The translations under genes and the position numbers were made by a program. This document shows positions 53,665 through 64,000 of a stretch of DNA of 64,000 bases, in pieces (the first letter of the stretch is position 1; each line of letters begins with the position of its first letter). The stretch is from an uncultured Dehalococcoidia bacterium. GTDB taxonomy: Bacteria; Chloroflexota; Dehalococcoidia; Lucifugimonadales; CATQGZ01. Under the pieces are notes generated by a model. The model was not told the origin of the DNA. It made no database searches and saw nothing but the letters and a program-made list of their open reading frames with translations. The stretch lies in contig CAZMZE010000021.1 in assembly GCA_964570875.1 (NCBI GenBank), positions 4,987-68,986 of the forward strand. The letters are read 5' to 3'.

Positions 53665-56262
53665 TCAGTTCAGCCACGAATCTAATTCCTGACGGTTTCG
53701 TTCAATCCATGCTGAATTCAGACTAATTCTCTCCAAAGCCTGCTTGATTGTCCGATCCGCTGCAGGTGAAGGGTTATCTGAAAAAAATTGTTTAACATCT
53801 TCATATTTTTCCATGCTAGTGAAACGAGAAGTAATGGAAACCAAATGCATTAAAGTGAATCCTCCTTCTCCGTAACGCCTGTTGAATTCATCCCAGTTCT
53901 TTTTCACAAATTCCCAGGCCAAATCCATACCATATCTATTCGTAGCGACTGAAGCCACCATTGGGACGGTATTATGAATTCTGACTTCTGAGGACAATGA
54001 TCTTTCAAGAGTCTCGGTCAAAAGCTCGGCAGATTGGAACTTGCCAAGTGATGCTAGAAATCTCACTTTCTCCTCTTGAAGGGTAGCTTTATTGTAGAGA
54101 TCCCACATTGTGTCATATGTTGATCGATCACCCAAGTGAGCAGCTAGACCAAAAACCACACTCCTGATATCTGGGTGTACACTGTTTTTATTATCTACAT
54201 ACTGGTCAAACCTACTTTTCGCTCCAAGCAAAATTGGATCAGATCCGTAGCTACCTGCTTCCATCAGCACCGTTGTTCTAAGCAAAGCATCTAAATGTCC
54301 TTCATCAGGCCGACTTTCCCAGCCTACTGTTTCTGCTAATGGCTCAAATATATTCAAGGCGAATTTCTTGAATTGTGAATAATATGACTCGTTCCATGTC
54401 AAATAATCAAATGTTGACAAGTTAGCTGCCAAATCTTCACATACAGAAGCATTTGTCTCTTTGTTATAAACTTCGGCCACAGACAAAAACTCCGTTGCTG
54501 ATATGTGCCCAGACCTCATCAAAGCGAAAGCATCATTTTGTAATCCGAGACGGTCCGACGCTGGCAAACTTTGTTTTTTTATAGGGTCGAGTAGCCTGCT
54601 TTGTTCTTTTGGGGAATATTTGACGCGAAAGAATCCTGTTTGTAAAGCATTGATTTTAATCCACTGTCCTACAGAATCCTCTGATCCAACGTCAATCTGA
54701 AGTAAATTTGACTTGTCTTTAATAAGATTCATACGAATTTTCAAGTCATTTTCCAATCTAATACCCAGCGGAACTTGCCACAACGTTTTATCACCTGTCT
54801 CCGGTTGCATAATATTTTCATAGACGAATCTCTGCTGGGAAATTTCTAATTTAATTTGTTTTTCCCCACGATCAACGTCGACATCAATCACTGGATATCC
54901 TATTTGTTGGACCCATGAATCCATTATTGAAGCCACTGGAATATTAGACTCGTCTTCCATCGCTTTCCATAGATCACTAGTGGTAGCGTTACCGTACGTA
55001 TGTCTATTCATATATAGATGCAAACCAGTTCTGAATTGTTCTTCTCCCAAGAACTGCTCCAACATCCGCAAAATCGCCCCACCTTTGCTGTAACTCACAG
55101 CATCGAAAAGTTGACCTATTTCAGCAGGGTTTCTAACTTCTTGCTCTATGGGATGTGAATTTTTGAGTCCATCCAGACTAAGTCCTCTGTTAGTGTCCTC
55201 TGTGATAAATTGGGTCCACATCTCCCATTCTGGATAAATATGATCCACAGCTTTATCACCCATCCATGAAGCAAAGCTTTCGTTAAGCCATAAATCATTC
55301 CACCATGCCATGGTAACCAAGTCTCCAAACCACATGTGTGCAATTTCATGGGCAATGATTGTTGCAACCCTCTGCTTGGTAGCTGCAGAGCTATTTTCCG
55401 TATCAACCAACAACGCATTCTCTCGGTAAGTTATAGCTCCCCAATTTTCCATGGCACCCGCAGCGAAATCGGGAATAGCTAGATGATCTAATTTGGGAAG
55501 TGGGTAAGGTATGCCAAAGTACTTATTCAGGTATTTGAGTAGTTCCACAGAAATAGCCAATGCGTATTCACCTTGTTCCACCTTACCTGTTGTGGTCCAA
55601 ACCCGATGCATAGTCCCACCATCATCGACCTTTTCTATCGATTCCAATTCCCCGACCACAAACGCAAGTAGGTAAGTAGACATTATCGGAGTGGTTTCAA
55701 AACGTACGCGTTTTAGTCCAGTTCCCAGTTGTTCTTCATTACGCACAGGCATATTTGAAACTGCTTGCAATCCTTTAGGAATCACGAGTTCCACATCAAA
55801 TGTGGCCTTGATATTAGGTTCATCCCAGCATGGGAAAGCTCTCCGAGCATCAGTAGCTTCCAATTGTGTTGTAGCCAAATATTTCTCTGAACCATCATTA
55901 TCCGTGTATTTGCTTCTATAAAATCCTCTCAACTTATCATTCAAAATGCCGTTAAAATGCAATGTTAATTCGGCAGATCCGGATGGCAATGAGCCCAGAA
56001 ATTTTAACTTGACAGTCTCCCCATCAATATCGTAGTCGATACTTTCAACTGTTTGCTCTTGGCCCTCAGCGTCAATAACGCTACAACCAGTCACATCTAT
56101 TTCTATACAGTTCAAGACGATCAACTCTGTTGGTCTGGAGATTTCTATTGTTACTACTTCGCTACCTTTGAATGTAAACGAATTCAAATCTGGTTCCAAA
56201 ATCAATTTATAATTGACTGGAATAACTCCAGTCGGAAGATTGGTCATGACTGATTTTTTCAT
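53665..56262 (-). CDS. pepN: M1-family aminopeptidase (aminopeptidase N type)
   Basis: GAMENWG exopeptidase motif and HEIAHMWFGDLV...WLNESFA (HExxH-18-E). 865 aa with a C-terminal ERAP1-like domain. Confidence 0.9.
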   Translation of the reverse strand: MKKSVMTNLPTGVIPVNYKLILEPDLNSFTFKGSEVVTIEISRPTELIVLNCIEIDVTGCSVIDAEGQEQTVESIDYDIDGETVKLKFLGSLPSGSAELTLHFNGILNDKLRGFYRSKYTDNDGSEKYLATTQLEATDARRAFPCWDEPNIKATFDVELVIPKGLQAVSNMPVRNEEQLGTGLKRVRFETTPIMSTYLLAFVVGELESIEKVDDGGTMHRVWTTTGKVEQGEYALAISVELLKYLNKYFGIPYPLPKLDHLAIPDFAAGAMENWGAITYRENALLVDTENSSAATKQRVATIIAHEIAHMWFGDLVTMAWWNDLWLNESFASWMGDKAVDHIYPEWEMWTQFITEDTNRGLSLDGLKNSHPIEQEVRNPAEIGQLFDAVSYSKGGAILRMLEQFLGEEQFRTGLHLYMNRHTYGNATTSDLWKAMEDESNIPVASIMDSWVQQIGYPVIDVDVDRGEKQIKLEISQQRFVYENIMQPETGDKTLWQVPLGIRLENDLKIRMNLIKDKSNLLQIDVGSEDSVGQWIKINALQTGFFRVKYSPKEQSRLLDPIKKQSLPASDRLGLQNDAFALMRSGHISATEFLSVAEVYNKETNASVCEDLAANLSTFDYLTWNESYYSQFKKFALNIFEPLAETVGWESRPDEGHLDALLRTTVLMEAGSYGSDPILLGAKSRFDQYVDNKNSVHPDIRSVVFGLAAHLGDRSTYDTMWDLYNKATLQEEKVRFLASLGKFQSAELLTETLERSLSSEVRIHNTVPMVASVATNRYGMDLAWEFVKKNWDEFNRRYGEGGFTLMHLVSITSRFTSMEKYEDVKQFFSDNPSPAADRTIKQALERISLNSAWIERNRQELDSWLN

Positions 56263-56399
56263 CTTGATGTCACCTCTATAGAAAATATTCTGTATGAAAA
56301 GCTAAGCTCAGCACACTAAGTTCCGAGCATGAATAGGGTTATGGAGTTATATAAAAGGCAAGGGTACCTAAAGCGCCGCCATTTCAATATTTATATAAA

Positions 56400-57191
56400 C
56401 TAAATCCCTGTCCAATCAGGCTGGCGTTTCTCGGCAAAAGCCTTAGCGCCCTCTTGTTGATCTACTGAATTCACTGCTTTTTCAAATTCAGTGTATTCAC
56501 GATGCAATGCTACATCGAGAGCCAGATCTTGACCGGTCATGGCCATCTGCTTACTGGCTCTAACCGAAAGCGGGGCACATTTCAGGATATCTTTGGCCCA
56601 TTCTTCTGCAATTCCCATCAATTTTTCTGACGGAACTACTTGGTTTACAATGCCTATTTTGTGAGCTTCTTCCGCACTGATACGTCTTCCTGAGAGAATC
56701 AAACCCATAGCTATTTTGAAAGGGATTTGACGCGTTAGACGATGAACACCAGTACCTGCTACCTGGCCCACCCGACCCTCTGGCAGTCCCAGTTCGGCGT
56801 GATCAGCAGCAACTATGATATCGCACGCCAGTGCAAGCTCGAGGCCACCCCCCAAAGCAAATCCATTTACTGCGGCAATTATGGGTTTCCAACAATCAAA
56901 ATAAGTTGTGATATCACCCAGATTAACTTGCCCTTTTTGTTTTTTTTGCTCTTCTTCACCATCTTCTCGAATACCAGCAACCCACTTTAGATCAGCACCC
57001 GCACAGAATGATCGATCCCCTGCTCCTGTGAGAATAGCAACCCATAGATCGGGATCATCCCTGAAATCACTAAATATCTCCCGCATTTCAGATCCAACAA
57101 GAGGATGGAGAGCATTCAACCGATGGGGCCTGTTGATCGTAATATAAGCTATTCTATCTTTTTTCTCGTAGGTAAGGTATTTATATTGCAT
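56400..57191 (-). CDS. enoyl-CoA hydratase/isomerase family protein
   Basis: ITINRPHRLNAL, LTGAGDRSFCAGADL and AVNGFALGGGLELALACD. Confidence 0.85.
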   Translation of the reverse strand: MQYKYLTYEKKDRIAYITINRPHRLNALHPLVGSEMREIFSDFRDDPDLWVAILTGAGDRSFCAGADLKWVAGIREDGEEEQKKQKGQVNLGDITTYFDCWKPIIAAVNGFALGGGLELALACDIIVAADHAELGLPEGRVGQVAGTGVHRLTRQIPFKIAMGLILSGRRISAEEAHKIGIVNQVVPSEKLMGIAEEWAKDILKCAPLSVRASKQMAMTGQDLALDVALHREYTEFEKAVNSVDQQEGAKAFAEKRQPDWTGI

Positions 57192-57387
57192 CTACACATC
57201 TCCATTATATTTTTGCATTTGGAGTATATCAGTTACACTCAAACTTGCTCTATACCCAGTAACCTCACGGATATCTTATGACACAACAAATAATTTAAAA
57301 TCATATGCGCCGAAAGATTTATCAATTCCAACAGGTTTCGGGTATTTTAACTATCAGCCATGTGATTCGAACAATTAGGAGCATTTC

Positions 57388-58371
57388 ATGAACAGGTTCA
57401 AAGAAGCCCGTAATAAAGGCGGTAATTACTTGCTCGAACAAATTCGACAAGACGGGAAATTCGGTGATAGTGATTTGGGCGTGGTGGAATACTACAAAGT
57501 TCCGGCAGCTCTGATTGTATGCGGCCTATCTAGTGCCGCTAGTAAATTACTTGGCTGGATACGAAATAATGGATTCTATGAAAACGGAGATTTTGGACCT
57601 CGTCCAATCAGAGAAAAAAACAGTTATTACTACACCTACCACAATTCATGGGTTATCAAAGCAGCTCATAGGCTTGGACACTTTGATCTTTCTCAACGAG
57701 GCATGGATTTTTTATTGAAGTTCTGGGACCCAGAAAGTGGTGGTTTTTATTCAGGCCCCTCTGACAAGAGTGATCTAACTGAGCAAGACCTATGGGTGGT
57801 TAGCGGTTCTGGTTGGTGTGCCATTTACACGGGTAGAATCGATATCGCTAGAAAGGTCGGTCTATGGATGAAAAATTTGATGAATAGTCAACCTAATTAC
57901 CCTGAAGAGATGTGGACGGTTTATAATCGATCAACTGGACTGATAAAAAATGTGGTTGACGACGATGAATTTAGATATGTTTTAACAAGAGAAGAATCTC
58001 GAGATCAATCCTTCTATCATCCTGGAATCGCGGCTGGGTTCCTTACACGGCTTTATATGGCAACAGGAGAAAAAACATGGATTGAACTTGCGAGAACGTA
58101 CATGGAATTTTGTGAAGGAGTTGGTGACTATCACTTTAGCTTACTCAGAGCGGGTAAAGTAGGTTGGGCAGCATCGTTGATGTACACAGTGACCGGAGAA
58201 CAAAAATTTGCTGACATGGCTATAAGAGTTGGAGACAACCTTATAGCCACTCAAAATGATAACGGAGCTTGGGGTTCCAGCCACTTAGATCGTGACCACC
58301 CTAACAATGATGCAACTGCTGAACTCGTTGTTTGGCTAGATGAAATTCATCAGGCAGTGGGAATTGAGTGA
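57388..58371 (+). CDS. alpha/alpha-toroid (prenyltransferase/terpene-cyclase repeat-like) protein
   Basis: Repeated Q-x-x-DG-x-(F/W)G-like motifs (EQIRQDGKFGDS, FWDPESGGFYSG, ATQNDNGAWGSS). AGGAG RBS. Function unknown. Confidence 0.35.
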   Translation: MNRFKEARNKGGNYLLEQIRQDGKFGDSDLGVVEYYKVPAALIVCGLSSAASKLLGWIRNNGFYENGDFGPRPIREKNSYYYTYHNSWVIKAAHRLGHFDLSQRGMDFLLKFWDPESGGFYSGPSDKSDLTEQDLWVVSGSGWCAIYTGRIDIARKVGLWMKNLMNSQPNYPEEMWTVYNRSTGLIKNVVDDDEFRYVLTREESRDQSFYHPGIAAGFLTRLYMATGEKTWIELARTYMEFCEGVGDYHFSLLRAGKVGWAASLMYTVTGEQKFADMAIRVGDNLIATQNDNGAWGSSHLDRDHPNNDATAELVVWLDEIHQAVGIE

Positions 58372-58505
58372 AAGTCTGGTTAGGTAATTTACAAGAAATT
58401 GTGGCAATCAACTTCTCAATCCCATCACAATCCATAGCGTGGACCTCCATCTTCATTTCGATTATTAAATTGTGACAGATATTTAAACGGAGGCAAGAAA
58501 ATAAT

Positions 58506-59375
58506 ATGGAGTCAATCTCAAAAACGATATCAGACATACCTGGAATAGTAGGACTATCAGCTAAACACCTCGAAAGTGGCAAGCAAATACATCACAATGC
58601 TGATCAAGTATTTTTTACAGCCAGCACATTAAAAGTTCCGATTCTTTTTGAACTTTATAGGCAAGTTGACAACGGATTAATAGATATTTCTAGCAGAATA
58701 TCTATTGAAGACAAACACAGGTCACCAGGAAGCGGAGTTCTAAAAGAACTGGGAGAAAGTATTCAACCGACCATACACGACCTTGCACTTTTGATGATCA
58801 TAATTAGTGACAACAGTGCCACAGATATTTTATTCCACCTACTCAATCCCGTTAACATCAACAGCACCATGACTGACCTAGGGCTCTATAAAACAAGGAT
58901 CCCTATGTCTTGCAAAGATCTCCTTTACAGCATGTATGGAGTAGACACCCACAACGTCTTTGAGGGCATCAAACTCGTGGGCGATAGACTTGCACAAGCA
59001 AAAATAATACCTGATTCAGCAGGAATGTCAGAAACAGATTCAGATGTTTCATCTCCCAACGACATGACTAAACTCCTTGAGATTATATACAAGAGTGAAA
59101 AACTGTCGGAAGAATCTTCAGCTTCAGTCATAGATATTCTTGAGAGACAACAATTCAACACTATCATTCCTTACCTCCTCCCTGCAGGGACACGCACCGC
59201 TCATAAAACTGGCGGAGTTACAGGTGTTCGGTGTGATGTAGGGATAGTTTTTGGCGCTACTGGACCATACACTATCGCTTTAATGGCTAAGGACCTTCCT
59301 GGAGGCTACAATGTTGACTCCTTACTGGCCCGAGTTTCAGAGGCAGTCTACAAAGATTTCAATAATCCTACATAA
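58506..59375 (+). CDS. class A beta-lactamase-related serine hydrolase
   Basis: S-x-x-K (FTASTLKVP), S-D-N (IISDNSATD) and K-T-G (AHKTGGV) in canonical order and spacing. No obvious signal peptide. Confidence 0.7.
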   Translation: MESISKTISDIPGIVGLSAKHLESGKQIHHNADQVFFTASTLKVPILFELYRQVDNGLIDISSRISIEDKHRSPGSGVLKELGESIQPTIHDLALLMIIISDNSATDILFHLLNPVNINSTMTDLGLYKTRIPMSCKDLLYSMYGVDTHNVFEGIKLVGDRLAQAKIIPDSAGMSETDSDVSSPNDMTKLLEIIYKSEKLSEESSASVIDILERQQFNTIIPYLLPAGTRTAHKTGGVTGVRCDVGIVFGATGPYTIALMAKDLPGGYNVDSLLARVSEAVYKDFNNPT

Positions 59376-59653
59376 AATTTGTTAACTCGTTTGAGAATAA
59401 CTCCGAACAAAATTGAATAATTACCATTCTTATAAAATATACAGACATCTCGTAGACTCTCCACAGATCGAATACGGTATTGGATACTTTGACTTGAAAG
59501 GAAACAAAATCACAGCTAAATAGCTCACGCAGGCACACTACAGGTAAAATACTGAAATGTGTGACTATTCAATAACTTTATAATTGTTTACATCAAATTC
59601 AATCCAACCGTCTCTCGCATCTAAAATATGTGGAATCATTGAAGGGCTGAACT

Positions 59654-60838
59654 ATGAAAATACAGAATATTCGGGCCATTCCAGTCAACCTCAAGCCTAC
59701 TCCCAAAACAATACCCAGAGTAAAACCTGACCCGGGAGCAGGCCGATTTGTCAGTCCTATGGATTCCTACAAAAGAGAATTTCCCAACCATAGTTGGAAT
59801 GCCCAATGGCCAACTACCGCTTGCGTTGTTACTGCTGACAACGGGACCTGGGGTGTAGGATTTGCTCCAATGTCTGGACCTGTGTGTAAAATAATCAACG
59901 ATCATTTCTCTGAAATTGTAGAAGGTCAAGATCCTCTGGCATCCGAAAAAATATGGGACATGATGTCCAAATCAACATCCGTTTACGGAACATCAGGGCT
60001 TTCAAGCTATGCTATTAGTGCTGTAGACAACGCCATATGGGACCTCAAGGGTAAATTGCTAGGATACCCCGTTTATAAATTACTTGGAGGTCCAGTAAGA
60101 GACAGTATATTCTGCTACGCATCAAACACTGTTTTAACCTATTCGACGAAGGATAACATCGATTGGTTTCTTGAACTTGGATTTAAAGCAGTCAAAGTGT
60201 TCCTCAGACATGGGCCAGACGAAGGGATTGCAGGACTCCACAAGAACGAAGAAATAGTAGCAAAAGCGCGCGAACAGATCGGCCCTGATATCGAACTAGC
60301 GGTAGATTCGTGGATGTCATTAAACGTGGAATATGCCGTCCGAGTTGTGGAAGCTCTTAAGCCATATAAAATCAAATGGCTCGAAGATTATTTTTTGCCT
60401 GAAGATATGGTGAGCTACACCAATTTCCGTGCAAGGGTACCAGGCCAAACTCTGGCTACGGGGGAACATTGGTACTCGATCAGACCTTTTGCACTTGCGG
60501 CTGGCCAAGGGTTAGTTGACATTCTTCAGCCAGATATACAGTGGGTGGGAGGAGTTACTGCAAGCGTCCGTATCTGTCACATAGCCGAAGCAAATGGTTT
60601 GAGTGTGATTAGTCACGGCGGTATGAACTATCCTTATGCACAGCACCTAGCTTTAGCCATGCCTGTAATCCCATGGGGAGAACGTTCAGAAGGGGTTTCA
60701 CCTCCTGGAGTACCTCTTGAAGAAATGATTGTGCTCCCAGGAACACCCGTCATCAAGAACGGATACTTAAAACCATCTGATGCCCCAGGATTTGGATTGG
60801 AAATAACTCTTGACTGGCTAGAATCACATGCTTCTTAG
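59654..60838 (+). CDS. enolase-superfamily (mandelate racemase/muconate lactonizing enzyme family) dehydratase-like protein
   Basis: N-terminal capping domain, then a barrel with FKAVKVF, LAVDSWMS, IKWLEDY and ATGEHW (metal-ligand D/E/E positions). Confidence 0.8.
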   Translation: MKIQNIRAIPVNLKPTPKTIPRVKPDPGAGRFVSPMDSYKREFPNHSWNAQWPTTACVVTADNGTWGVGFAPMSGPVCKIINDHFSEIVEGQDPLASEKIWDMMSKSTSVYGTSGLSSYAISAVDNAIWDLKGKLLGYPVYKLLGGPVRDSIFCYASNTVLTYSTKDNIDWFLELGFKAVKVFLRHGPDEGIAGLHKNEEIVAKAREQIGPDIELAVDSWMSLNVEYAVRVVEALKPYKIKWLEDYFLPEDMVSYTNFRARVPGQTLATGEHWYSIRPFALAAGQGLVDILQPDIQWVGGVTASVRICHIAEANGLSVISHGGMNYPYAQHLALAMPVIPWGERSEGVSPPGVPLEEMIVLPGTPVIKNGYLKPSDAPGFGLEITLDWLESHAS

Positions 60839-60965
60839 AATATTTCCATAGATTATGACTCATCACTAGATAAGACAACATTTGAACCAAATATTCAGTA
60901 AACTAGTATCCGAGTATGAATTATCAATTTCTCGTAGGAATCTTGTTATTAGTTAAGGAGATACC

Positions 60966-61829
60966 ATGACTCGAATTTCGGAAAAACGTAAAAAAATGAC
61001 GTTGCCTGAACTACAAAGGATGAAGAAGAGTGGCCAAAAAATAACGATGCTGAGTATACCTGATTACCCTCTGGCTGTACTTGCAGAAAAGGCTGGACTG
61101 GACACCATATTGGTTGGAGACTCCTTAGCCATGACAGTACTAGGATACGAAACCACAATTCCTGTAACCATGGATGAAATGATCCATCATACTAAAGCAG
61201 TTACAAGAGCAACTAAATATGCATTCGTCGTTGGAGACATGCCTTTCATGTCGAACTCTACCTCAGAGAGAGATGCCATTATCAACGCAGGTAGATTTAT
61301 GCAAGAGGGTGGAACTGATGCAGTAAAAGTGGAGGGAGGTTTAGATGCTGTCCCTGTGATAAAAGCTATATCCGGAACAGGTATCCCTGTTATGGGACAT
61401 ATTGGATTAACACCTCAGCATATATCGATGCTCGGAGGATTCAAAGCTCAGGGTACGGATGCGAAAACCGCTATAAGGATCATTAATGATGCTCTGGAAG
61501 TAGAAAAGGCAGGAGCTTTCGCGTTAATTTTAGAATGTGTTCCTGACCAAATTTCAAAAATCGTCACAGAACGTCTTAGCATACCTACTATTAGTTATGG
61601 CGCTGGCCCTTACTGTGATGGACAAGGCTTGGTAGCCCACGACATCCTAGGGATTTTTGATAAATTCACACCTAAATTTGTCAAAATATACAGCAACCTG
61701 GGTGATCAAATACAGCAATCATTTGAATCATACGTCAACGACGTTTCAACTGGAGCATTTCCTGAAGATGAGCATGCGTTCCACATAAAAAAAGATGAGC
61801 TTGAGTTGGTAAATAGACAAATTTCGTGA
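60966..61829 (+). CDS. panB: 3-methyl-2-oxobutanoate hydroxymethyltransferase
   Basis: MLS.PDYP.A......G.D..LVGDSL.M...GY..T, VVGDMPF, AVKVEGG and GH.GLTPQ. Confidence 0.9.
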   Translation: MTRISEKRKKMTLPELQRMKKSGQKITMLSIPDYPLAVLAEKAGLDTILVGDSLAMTVLGYETTIPVTMDEMIHHTKAVTRATKYAFVVGDMPFMSNSTSERDAIINAGRFMQEGGTDAVKVEGGLDAVPVIKAISGTGIPVMGHIGLTPQHISMLGGFKAQGTDAKTAIRIINDALEVEKAGAFALILECVPDQISKIVTERLSIPTISYGAGPYCDGQGLVAHDILGIFDKFTPKFVKIYSNLGDQIQQSFESYVNDVSTGAFPEDEHAFHIKKDELELVNRQIS

Positions 61830-61984
61830 AGCATATTTAATATAATAATCTTGGGGGAATATTGGGGTAGACCCCACTAAACGTCATGTATGAAATAGCT
61901 TAACAAAATATCCCAATCAACTTATCTTAAAAACACTTCTAATTCAGTCACCATTTAAATTGATGATCTGAAATTCAGACTGGG

Positions 61985-62578
61985 TCAAATGCTGACTCTT
62001 CTAGGCGGGATCCTCAATCGTTCAATCTCCACCACTCTGTTCAATTCCTTAATGGTCTCGGCTAAAAGTCCCTCGTGATTAATTATCACATGGTCAAAAT
62101 CAGGCGCCTTCTCCATCTCTACTTCTGCAGTCATCAATCTGAGTTTTAGAGTACTGGTGGTTTCACTCAGTCGGCGCGTGAGTCTTGATTCTAGATCTTG
62201 AAGGTTTGGCGGCATCAGGAAGATAAACACTGCTTCTGGTGCAATCTTTTTTATTGATTCTGCTCCTTGAACATCAATTTTTATGATTACATCCTTACCA
62301 GTTTTCATTGCTTCACGTACTTGGTCGCGTGGAACTCCATAAAAATTCCCATACACTTCTGCCCACTCAAGAAGTTCGTGTTTATCAATCATCGATCTAA
62401 AGCTCTCGACTGAATGAAATATGTAGTCAACTCTATCATGCTCTGATGGACGTTTTATCCTTGTGGTTGCTGTTACAGTGAAATGGTATTTTTCACCATT
62501 GGCTCGCATTTTAGAAAGAACCGCATCTTTTCCCACTCCAGATGGGCCAGACAACACAATCAAAAGCGGGTTTGGCAT
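61985..62578 (-). CDS. gmk: guanylate kinase
   Basis: LIVLSGPSGVGKD P-loop, TTR..R..E..G.DY.F and E.A.V.GN.YG. Confidence 0.9.
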   Translation of the reverse strand: MPNPLLIVLSGPSGVGKDAVLSKMRANGEKYHFTVTATTRIKRPSEHDRVDYIFHSVESFRSMIDKHELLEWAEVYGNFYGVPRDQVREAMKTGKDVIIKIDVQGAESIKKIAPEAVFIFLMPPNLQDLESRLTRRLSETTSTLKLRLMTAEVEMEKAPDFDHVIINHEGLLAETIKELNRVVEIERLRIPPRRVSI

Positions 62579-62610
62579 AATATCTGCTGGTCTTCCTCTA
62601 AAATTTATAT

Positions 62611-63918
62611 TTATGCAGCCCTAAGGGTTTTGACTATATCCCAAAATTCAGGATATGACACTGCTGCTGCCTCAGAACCATTTATCACAGTTGAACCTTT
62701 CGCAATAAGACCTGCTATCCCTAATGTCATAGCAATCCTATGATCCCCAAAACTTTCACATTCTGTACCTGTTAAATTATTAACTCCCTGAATTTCCATG
62801 CCGTCGGACAGTTCAGATATCCTCGCTCCCAATCGTGACAAACCGTTCACTGTTGCGAAAATACGATCTGATTCTTTAACTCTCAGTTCATTAGCATCCT
62901 TGATAACAGTTCTACCTTTAGCAAAGCATGCTGCCAGTGAAAGAATCGGCAACTCGTCGATAACTCTAGGTATTATATCCCCGGATATTTCTACCCCACT
63001 CAATTCGCTTGACTCGACTATAAGATCCCCAGAGGGTTCTCCGGCTTCAATTCTGTAGTTTTCAACATTTATTGATGCCCCCATTTCTTTAAGTACTTCC
63101 AACACACCTGTCCTTGTTGGATTGAGTCCAACTCCAGGCAAAGTTATCCTTGCATTTGGATGACAAATCGCAGCAATCAACCAAAATGCCGCACCACTAG
63201 TGTCACATGGAACCCTCACATTAACTGATTCTAATTCCGAAGGGCTTATCTCAACACTGCTACCATTTATATCCAGAGTAGCTCCCATTGATTCCAACAT
63301 TTTCTCTGTATGATCTCGAGACACGGATGGCTGTTTTACCATAGTTGAACCCTGTGCATACAATCCAGCAATTAAAACAGCAGACTTTACTTGAGCACTG
63401 GATTTGTCAGATTCATGAACTATTCCAGTGAGGCTGCCGCCACGGATGGCTAAAGGAGCAAGAGTATTATTTTTGCGACCTGAAATTATCGCTCCCATTT
63501 CCGTCAACGGTTCTGTTATACGACCCATGGGCCTAGTTCTAAGGGAGCTATCTCCACTAACAACACTGAAAAACTCTTGTCCCGACAGAAGACCTGCTAT
63601 CAATCTCAAAGTCGTACCACTATTCCCTGCATTTAACAGAGTAGTCGGTTCCGAAAACCCGTGTAATCCTTTTCCAACTATTTTGAAACATTCCACCCCT
63701 TCGGTAATCACACAATCTTGATGCTTTAATATCTTCACTCCCAGTCCTCGCAAACACCGAAGCATGGAACTCCTATCATCACCATGACATAAATTAGTGA
63801 CATGCGCATCACCAGGAGCCAATGAGTTTAACAAAAGTGCTCTGTGAGATATCGATTTATCACCAGGGAGTGAAATAACACCTTCTAAACGATCTGCTCT
63901 AGAAACGATTTCTCTCAT
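62611..63918 (-). CDS. aroA: 3-phosphoshikimate 1-carboxyvinyltransferase (EPSP synthase)
   Basis: LPGDKSISHRALLL, LNAGNSGTTLRL, RPMGRI, and DHRIAMT near the C-terminus. 435 aa. Confidence 0.9.
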   Translation of the reverse strand: MREIVSRADRLEGVISLPGDKSISHRALLLNSLAPGDAHVTNLCHGDDRSSMLRCLRGLGVKILKHQDCVITEGVECFKIVGKGLHGFSEPTTLLNAGNSGTTLRLIAGLLSGQEFFSVVSGDSSLRTRPMGRITEPLTEMGAIISGRKNNTLAPLAIRGGSLTGIVHESDKSSAQVKSAVLIAGLYAQGSTMVKQPSVSRDHTEKMLESMGATLDINGSSVEISPSELESVNVRVPCDTSGAAFWLIAAICHPNARITLPGVGLNPTRTGVLEVLKEMGASINVENYRIEAGEPSGDLIVESSELSGVEISGDIIPRVIDELPILSLAACFAKGRTVIKDANELRVKESDRIFATVNGLSRLGARISELSDGMEIQGVNNLTGTECESFGDHRIAMTLGIAGLIAKGSTVINGSEAAAVSYPEFWDIVKTLRAA

Positions 63919-64000
63919 CGAACAACCTTAATACTTCTTTTTGTAAGTCCATGTGTTCGCATCCTTGTCCTCATTTGATGTCAATTTTTTATAACGGTTA

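Noticed and set aside
61864-61875. GGGG-TAGA-CCCC mini-hairpin after panB
   Set aside because: The stem is only 4 bp and there is no T-tract on either strand. It is too weak to call a terminator.
63919-63980. 19-codon basic micro-ORF (MRTRMRTHGLTKRSIKVVR) whose TGA overlaps the aroA ATG
   Set aside because: It is too short, matches no family I recognise, has no clear RBS and sits at the window edge. It cannot be supported.

Overview
AT-rich, densely coding bacterial chromosomal segment with about 60 protein genes and 2 tRNAs. I recognised no rRNA, CRISPR array, transposase or integrase. The genetic code is standard: many genes end in TGA. Most of the window is housekeeping or catabolic: dtd, purL-purQ, gltX, lspA-rluD, DAHP synthase, aroA, gmk, panB, clpS, miaB-nadA-nadC, moaD-moaE, sat/cysC, M1 aminopeptidase, GGT, family III CoA-transferase, two crotonases, enolase-superfamily, PhyH, HpcH aldolase and a malate-synthase-like gene. 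This catabolic flavour resembles marine heterotrophs such as SAR202-type Chloroflexota, but that is only an impression. Stand-outs: (1) 383-11860 is a co-directional, largely translationally coupled nine-gene cluster built around a very divergent 1102-aa SecA paralog. Its partners are a transglutaminase-like protein, an intact plus a degenerate PaaK-type adenylating enzyme, a K+ channel, a possible GNAT, a lipobox protein with a Q/N/Y/S/G/R-rich tail, and orphans. It has none of the partners of known accessory Sec systems and is my best candidate for an undescribed system. (2) 30681-31175 is a membrane-anchored thioredoxin-fold gene that the ORF track splits at an in-frame TGA. The TGA sits exactly at the first Cys of the CxxC motif (U-V-A-C) and hairpins follow it, so this is a likely unannotated selenoprotein. 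(3) The DAHP synthase 5' leader (21904-22107, minus strand) has a promoter, a strong intrinsic terminator, a mutually exclusive antiterminator pairing, and a mini-ORF with a YFYF run. (4) A full-length CocE/NonD homolog has lost two of its three catalytic residues. (5) nspC is coupled to an uncharacterised partner beside a DUF4178/DUF350-like pair. All calls come from motif-level reading of the supplied translations and manual inspection of the DNA. No database or folding computation was possible.
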